In this document: in pieces, positions 58,481-64,000 of the stretch | Numbering within the stretch: position 1 is the first letter of the stretch | Layout: the number at the start of each line of letters is the position of its first letter | Assembly (NCBI GenBank): GCA_951406725.2 | Contig: OX597830.1 | Span: forward strand, 35,712,001-35,776,000 | DNA: 64,000 bases | Reading direction: 5' to 3' | Source of the DNA: Octopus vulgaris | Lineage: Eukaryota | Program-made: the position numbers and the translations under genes | The notes under the pieces: generated by a model | The model's database searches: none | Seen by the model: the letters and a program-made list of their open reading frames with translations, nothing else | Told to the model about the DNA's origin: nothing

Positions 58481-58522
<42 letters not shown>

Positions 58523-58604
58523 TATATGCATATATATATATATGTTTATGTATATATATGTTTGTGTGTGTATGTATGTTTGTATGTATATATGTATATA
58601 TGGA

Positions 58605-59228
58605 TACTGGACGTCACCAACAGTAAACACGAATTACGAAAACAAATGTGTGAAATACGCAAATAACGAGAGGGAAAATGGAAACGAAGAGAAGTAATAC
58701 AAAGAATACAAATAACGACCCTTCATCAGTTGTCGGCTCTCTATCTACTCCCCATTTCGGGCAATCTAAGACAATATGAGTCTTCAAATAAAGTTGCTCC
58801 TATAAATACCAAAATAAAATTTGGGATTTATGGAAGGACAATGTTAGGAACAAAAAGAGAACAGTCGAGACATACAAGGAAACCGATAGAAAACACACAT
58901 GAAATGTAGTTACACCTGAACGAGTGGAAAATAGTGAACGCCGAGAGAAATATTTTCTTTGTAAAGATAAAAGATACAAGAGAGAGATAGATGTCCATTC
59001 TTTAGAAGATCCGTGCAGGAAAGAAAGATGATCACGTGAGGAAAAAAGATGGAAGATGGTCACGTGTAACAACGAGAGAGAGAAAAAGAGAAAGAGGGGA
59101 GCGAGGGAGACAGATAGAAAACAGAGAAAAGGGGAAATATAGAGGATGGGGAGAAAACAGTATAGTGTAGAGTCGCATCAAAAAGGTTATGGTAAACTTA
59201 CTTCGAAATGGATGCGAGGCGTTCAATT
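58605..59228 (-). mobile_element. Probable 3' region of another Penelope-like element
   Basis: Between microsatellites; minus strand has a pyrimidine-rich tract, CCCGAAAT..GTA and CTGATGAAGGG half-motifs and a T-rich tail. Confidence 0.35.
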
Positions 59229-59233
59229 AAATA

Positions 59234-59290
<57 letters not shown>

Positions 59291-59581
59291 CACAGTGAAA
59301 CACTAAGAAATATGCGTTACTGCATCACACTGCAAATATATCTGGAGCCTAAAAATGAAAGGGAGAGAGAGAGAGATGGCTTCGTAAGCGATCAAGGATT
59401 TAGAAAAGTGATGCCCACATCGGTTTCAGGCTTGATAATGCTATGCTTCTCCGATTCGGGACAAACAGGTAACACTGCAGAGGCTGCATGACCGCAAAAG
59501 TGTATAAATGCAAGAATACTTTTTAATGAATGCTCTAATTTTGATGCTATAAATATTTTCGCATATTTATATACATATGTA

Positions 59582-60122
59582 TATATAAGAATTCTTTGCG
59601 TAATAAGATTAAAAAACCAAGGCTGTATAGATATTAGAGCATTTATAGATAGGTCTTTCAGCTGTTTCTAGGATATTAATTAATAATATCCCTTCATCGG
59701 AGACGGTATGAGAGAAAAAATTAAATCATAGTTAGTTTCGATGTGATACAAAATAGAGAGTGATGTGGAGGAAAGAAAAAGATGTAAGATATGTATGGGT
59801 ATTGAATATTAAACTCTGTTGGACTTTTTGATTTTACTCAAAGGATATTAGAATATTGCATATTTACCATTATGCCTATAAAACGGGATTACAAATTCAA
59901 TACCCATGCATATCTTACAACTATTTTCTTTCCTCCACTTCATTCTCTATTTGTATCACATCGAAACTAACTATGACTTAATTTTGCCTCTCACACTGTC
60001 TCCGATGAATATATATTATTAATTAAAATCCTAGAAACAGCTGTAAGACCTTCTATCTATAAATGCTCTAATATCTATACAGCCTTGATTTTTTATCTTA
60101 TTACGCAAAAAATTCTTAAATA
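59582..60122. mobile_element. Long inverted repeat (arms ~225-240 bp, spacer ~60-85 bp): inverted Penelope-like terminal repeats (family H3) with hammerhead motifs
   Basis: 59582-59807 is a close reverse complement of 59895-60122; motifs at 59653-59704 (-) and 59998-60049 (+). Confidence 0.8.
59653..59704 (-). ncRNA. Type I hammerhead-like motif (cleavage triplet mutated)
   Basis: GTCT-CCGATGA-A-GGGATATTA-ttaat-TAATATCCT-A-GAAAC-agct-GAA-AGAC; the + strand partner has GTA at the triplet. Confidence 0.55.
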
Positions 60123-60286
60123 CAGACGCTGACATAGAACCAACGTTGAACACTTTATTCACAATATTACCGAATATGGAACTTAACTATGGTATGTCTA
60201 CAGCACTTATACAGCATTACCTGACACCTTTGGGTCTCAATGACACTATTATCTCTAGATAGGTATATATATATATATATATATAT

Positions 60287-61091
60287 AGACAACAAACAGA
60301 CGTATTAGTTTAACGCACGGGAAGTGAAAATGTCTTTAACGTTTCGAGCCTACGCTCTTCCAGAGAAAGGAACACAGAAAGAAACAAGGAGAGAAAATAA
60401 TGTGTAGAGGCCAGCGATCTATTATGGCGAATGTCGGATAGAGAGATCACACAGGAGGGCTAGGAAGAAGGGAAGATAATAAAGTAGTGGTGATCTCAAA
60501 ACGAATGTGTGCGTGCATGTGGGCCCGGTTATTTGACAGTGCTAGTGTGTGCGTGCTGGTGTGTTGTGATGTGATGTGGTGTTGTGTGGTATGGTGTAGT
60601 GGTATGTGGTGTGGTGAGATTGTGTTGGGATGTGGCGGATGTGAGAGTTGAGAAAGCAAGGGTAGATGTGGGTTAAGCTGAGGGTAAAGGTAGATGTGAG
60701 GCATGTGGGTAGGCTGAGGGTGGGTGTAGAAGTGAGTGGGTGTAAGGATATATGGGTGTAAGCTATATGGGAGTGGGATAGGGTAGGGTGAGATGGGATG
60801 GATAGGGAAGGTGGGGTTGTATTGCGTGGGAGTGGGATTACGAGGGAGGGGTAACGAGGAAAAAAGATGGGGAAGGGAGAGTGGAGGTAGGAGTGAAGAG
60901 AAGAGAGGAGTGTAGGAGGGAAGAGAAGAAGTAGGAGTAGGAGTAGGAGAAAGAGAGGAGAGGTGGGTGGGAGGAAGTAGGTGTGAGAGGGAAAGAGGAA
61001 AGGGGAGGTTAGATGAAGAGGGGAGGAAAGTTGAACCCATGTGGCGCAAAGGAGCGCAGGGAGAAGATTAATTCTTGTTCACAGCGCAAAT
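60287..61091 (-). mobile_element. 3' end of a Penelope-like element: GIY-YIG ORF C-terminus, C-rich spacer and terminal repeat with hammerhead motif (60334-60369)
   Basis: 61091-61021 translates LRCEQELIFSLRSFAPHGFN (cf. PLE C-terminal ExxxIFxLxTLxPxGLN); ends at (TA)n; terminal part is homologous to 5046, 30278 and 54049. Confidence 0.75.
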
Positions 61092-61176
61092 ATATTGTCA
61101 AATTAATAATATGTATATTAATAAAATGTATAAGTATGTATCTATGCATGCATGTATGTATGCGTATATATACATA

Positions 61177-61370
61177 GACGCGGGTGTGGCTTTGTGTGGT
61201 AAGAAGTTTGGTTCAGAACCACATGGCTCCGAATTCAGACCCACTGTGTCACTTTGATCAAATGTCTTTTACTTTAGCCTCGGGCCGACCGTACCCAAGT
61301 CAGTGGATTCAGTAGACGGACACTAAAAGACGCCTGTCGTATATATCTGTGTCTTTGTGTCTGTTCGTGT
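61177..61370 (+). mobile_element. SINE family A 5' half, degraded
   Basis: Family A head motifs. Confidence 0.65.
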
Positions 61371-61405
61371 ACCTCTTATAAACCCATTCATAAGTTCACT
61401 TATAA

Positions 61406-61568
61406 GGCGCAGGAGAGGCTGTGTGGTAAGCAGCTTGCTAACCAACCACATGGTTCCGGGTTCAGTCCCACTGCGTGGCATCTTGGGCAAGTGTCTTCTG
61501 TTATAGCCCCGGGCCGACCAATACCTTGTGAGTGGATTTGTTAGACGGAAACTGAAGCCCGTCGTATA

Positions 61569-61603
<35 letters not shown>

Positions 61604-61826
61604 TTGTGTTTCTGTGTTTGTCCCCCCTAGCACTGCTTGACAACCGATACTGGTGTGTTTACGTCCCCGTCACTTAGCGGTTCGGCAAAAGAGACCGATA
61701 GAATAAGTACTGGGCTTACAAAGAATAAGTCCCGGGGTCGATTTGCTCGACTAAAGGCGGTACTCCAGCATGGCCGCAGTGAAATGACTGAAACAAGTAA
61801 AATAGTAAAAGAGTAAGAGTAAGAGT
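61406..61826 (+). mobile_element. Full-length SINE family A
   Basis: GGCTGTGTGG A box, GGTTCAGTCCC B box, internal microsatellite, (AAGAGT)n tail. Confidence 0.9.
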
Positions 61827-61989
61827 GTGCTAGTATCTATGAAGCAATATGTGAGAAATTAGCAAAAAATAACAGATTTCAGGTGTCTCTTTGTTAGTCT
61901 TGTTGTCATTGAATTTTCGTATCTATTTTCTGCATAAAATTCTTCTCCTAAGTTTATCATGCATACCTAGATGTCTGTTTATATACTAA

Positions 61990-62359
61990 CTGGCAGTATC
62001 GCCCGGCGTTGCTCGGGTTTGTAAGGGAAATAACTATAAAGCATTTTTAGAGAGTTATAGCAAAAAAATGGAAAAAAAATGATGGTAAATTTTTTTTTAG
62101 TTAAAAAGGTCGAGTTGCGTCCCCTAGACAGTCTGTGGTTTGTGTTTCTGATTCTCGACCCCATGTCGAATTTATCGATTTTTTCAGAACTGGGGGAACT
62201 TTTCAAAATTTTCGCTGCGTTAGTTTTGAATTATGACATTGGGCTATGTGTGTGTCAAGTTTCATCAGAATCGGTTGAAAGCCGTGGTCAGGGTGAGGGT
62301 ACAACCTAACAGACACACAGAAACACACACAGACAAACTGCCGTTTATATATAGAGAGA
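61990..62359 (-). mobile_element. Non-autonomous Helitron (370 bp)
   Basis: Minus strand A|TCTCTCTATATATAAACGG ... ACCCGAGCAACGCCGGGCGATACTG-CCAG|T (CTAG with one change). Confidence 0.85.
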
Positions 62360-62477
62360 TGAACAGTAAATAAGTAAAACTCTCTATCCACCAATCTCTT
62401 TCTATTTATCTCACTCCCTCACTCTTTCCCCCCCCCCCTATCTTTCCCTCTTTCACATGCGTTCTTTCTATCGTTCG

Positions 62478-62772
62478 GTGGAGGCATATGGCCTGGTAGT
62501 TAGAGCAGCGGACACGCGGTCGAGGGATCGCGGGTTCGAATCTCAGACCGGGCGATGTGTGTTTATGAGCGACACACCTAAGCTCCACGCGGCTCCGGCA
62601 GGAGGTAATGGCCAACTTCTGCTGACTCTTTCGCCACAACTTTCTCTCACATTTCCTCCTGAATTTTGCAGCTCACCTGCGACGGACCGGCATCCCGTCC
62701 AGGTGGGGAACCTATACGCCAAGGAAACCGGAAAACCGGCCCCTATGAGCCAGGTGTGGCTCTAAAAGGAAC
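62478..62772 (+). mobile_element. SINE family C copy
   Basis: A box TGGCCTGGTAG, B box GGTTCGAATCT, tail GACGGACCGGCATCCCGTCCAGG. Confidence 0.8.
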
Positions 62773-63225
62773 AGGAATATTCTATCGATGTCAGTTTCAC
62801 ATTTTATGCATATGTACACATTCGTGCACATAAATATTTCTGTATGTATAAGTATATATACACACATATACGTATACACGTGTGTGTATGTATACATATA
62901 CATACATACACACACATACACACACATACACATGCACGCATACACATGCACATTTACATACACATACACAAATTTATAAAAATGAAATGGCAAAGGATTA
63001 ACGATTAACTTATGAACTTTATTAGCTCACAGCTGTTTCTGTTATGAGATGCAGTGAGCTCACAATTGAATGCTTGAGTGTGTGTGTATAGATACTTGCA
63101 CACACATTTAAATCTGAGTTTTCCTATATATTCATGTGTATGTTTGTATGGATAGTTGTATATGCCTGTGTGTGTATATATATATATATATATAGTCACT
63201 TCTGTACCAATACATATATACATAT

Positions 63226-63338
<113 letters not shown>

Positions 63339-63348
63339 TATATGTATA

Positions 63349-63741
63349 GGTGCAGAAGTGATTGTGTGGTAAGTAGTTTGCTTCCCAACCACATGGTTCC
63401 GGGTTCAGACCCACTGCGTGCCACCTTGGGCAAGTGTCTTCTACTATAGCCTCGGGCCGACCAAAACCTTCTGACGGAAACTGAAAGAAGCCCGTCGTAT
63501 ATACGTATACGTATATTTATGTGTGTGTGTTTGTGTGTCTGTGATCCCTACCCCCCAACATCGCTTGAGAACCGATGCTGGTGTGTTTACATCCTCTTAA
63601 CTTAGCGGTTTGGCAAAAAGACCGATAAAATAAGTACTGGGCTTACATAGAATAAGTCCTGGCGTCGATTAACTCGACAAAAGGCGTTGCTCCAACATGG
63701 CCGCAGTCAAATAACTGAAACATATAAATCAGTAAGAGTAA
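63349..63741 (+). mobile_element. SINE family A copy
   Basis: High similarity to 44148 and 61406. Confidence 0.85.
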
Positions 63742-63796
63742 ATGAGTATGTATGTACGTATGTGTGTATGTATGTATGTATGTATGTATGTATGTA

Positions 63797-63856
<60 letters not shown>

Positions 63857-64000
63857 TGCGTGCGTAAGGAACCGTTTACCTTTAATCAAAGTGAGCTCTT
63901 AGTCTCTTTATTCTTCTAAGTCAAAGTAGTTTTTACTGCGTCTTTTAGAATAGACCTCTACATGTAATGTTTGGAATCAAAGTCAACCAGAAGATGGCAG

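Noticed and set aside
60447-61049. 200-aa Pro/Leu/His-rich ORF
   Set aside because: Low-complexity spacer of the Penelope-like element; the meaningful frame is the adjacent EQELIF peptide.

Overview
AT-rich, microsatellite-saturated eukaryotic DNA, most likely intergenic or deep-intronic sequence from an Octopus-type cephalopod (inferred from repeat style and tRNA-derived SINE families, not a database match). I found no convincing host protein-coding gene; almost all ORFs in the track are translations of (TA)n/(CA)n/(ATCT)n/(GGT)n repeats. The window contains several tRNA-headed SINE families in many copies, a 5'-truncated R4/Dong-type LINE inside (TAA)n, three non-autonomous Helitrons, a hAT MITE with TSD, and Tc1/mariner, pogo and hAT remnants. 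The most interesting signal is about ten minimal type-I hammerhead-ribozyme-like motifs from at least four sequence families, mostly in short elements embedded in (TA)n. One is attached to the C-terminus of a Penelope-like GIY-YIG ORF, and two loci are inverted pairs that would fold back into long dsRNA. Coordinates of degraded repeats are approximate, read by eye.
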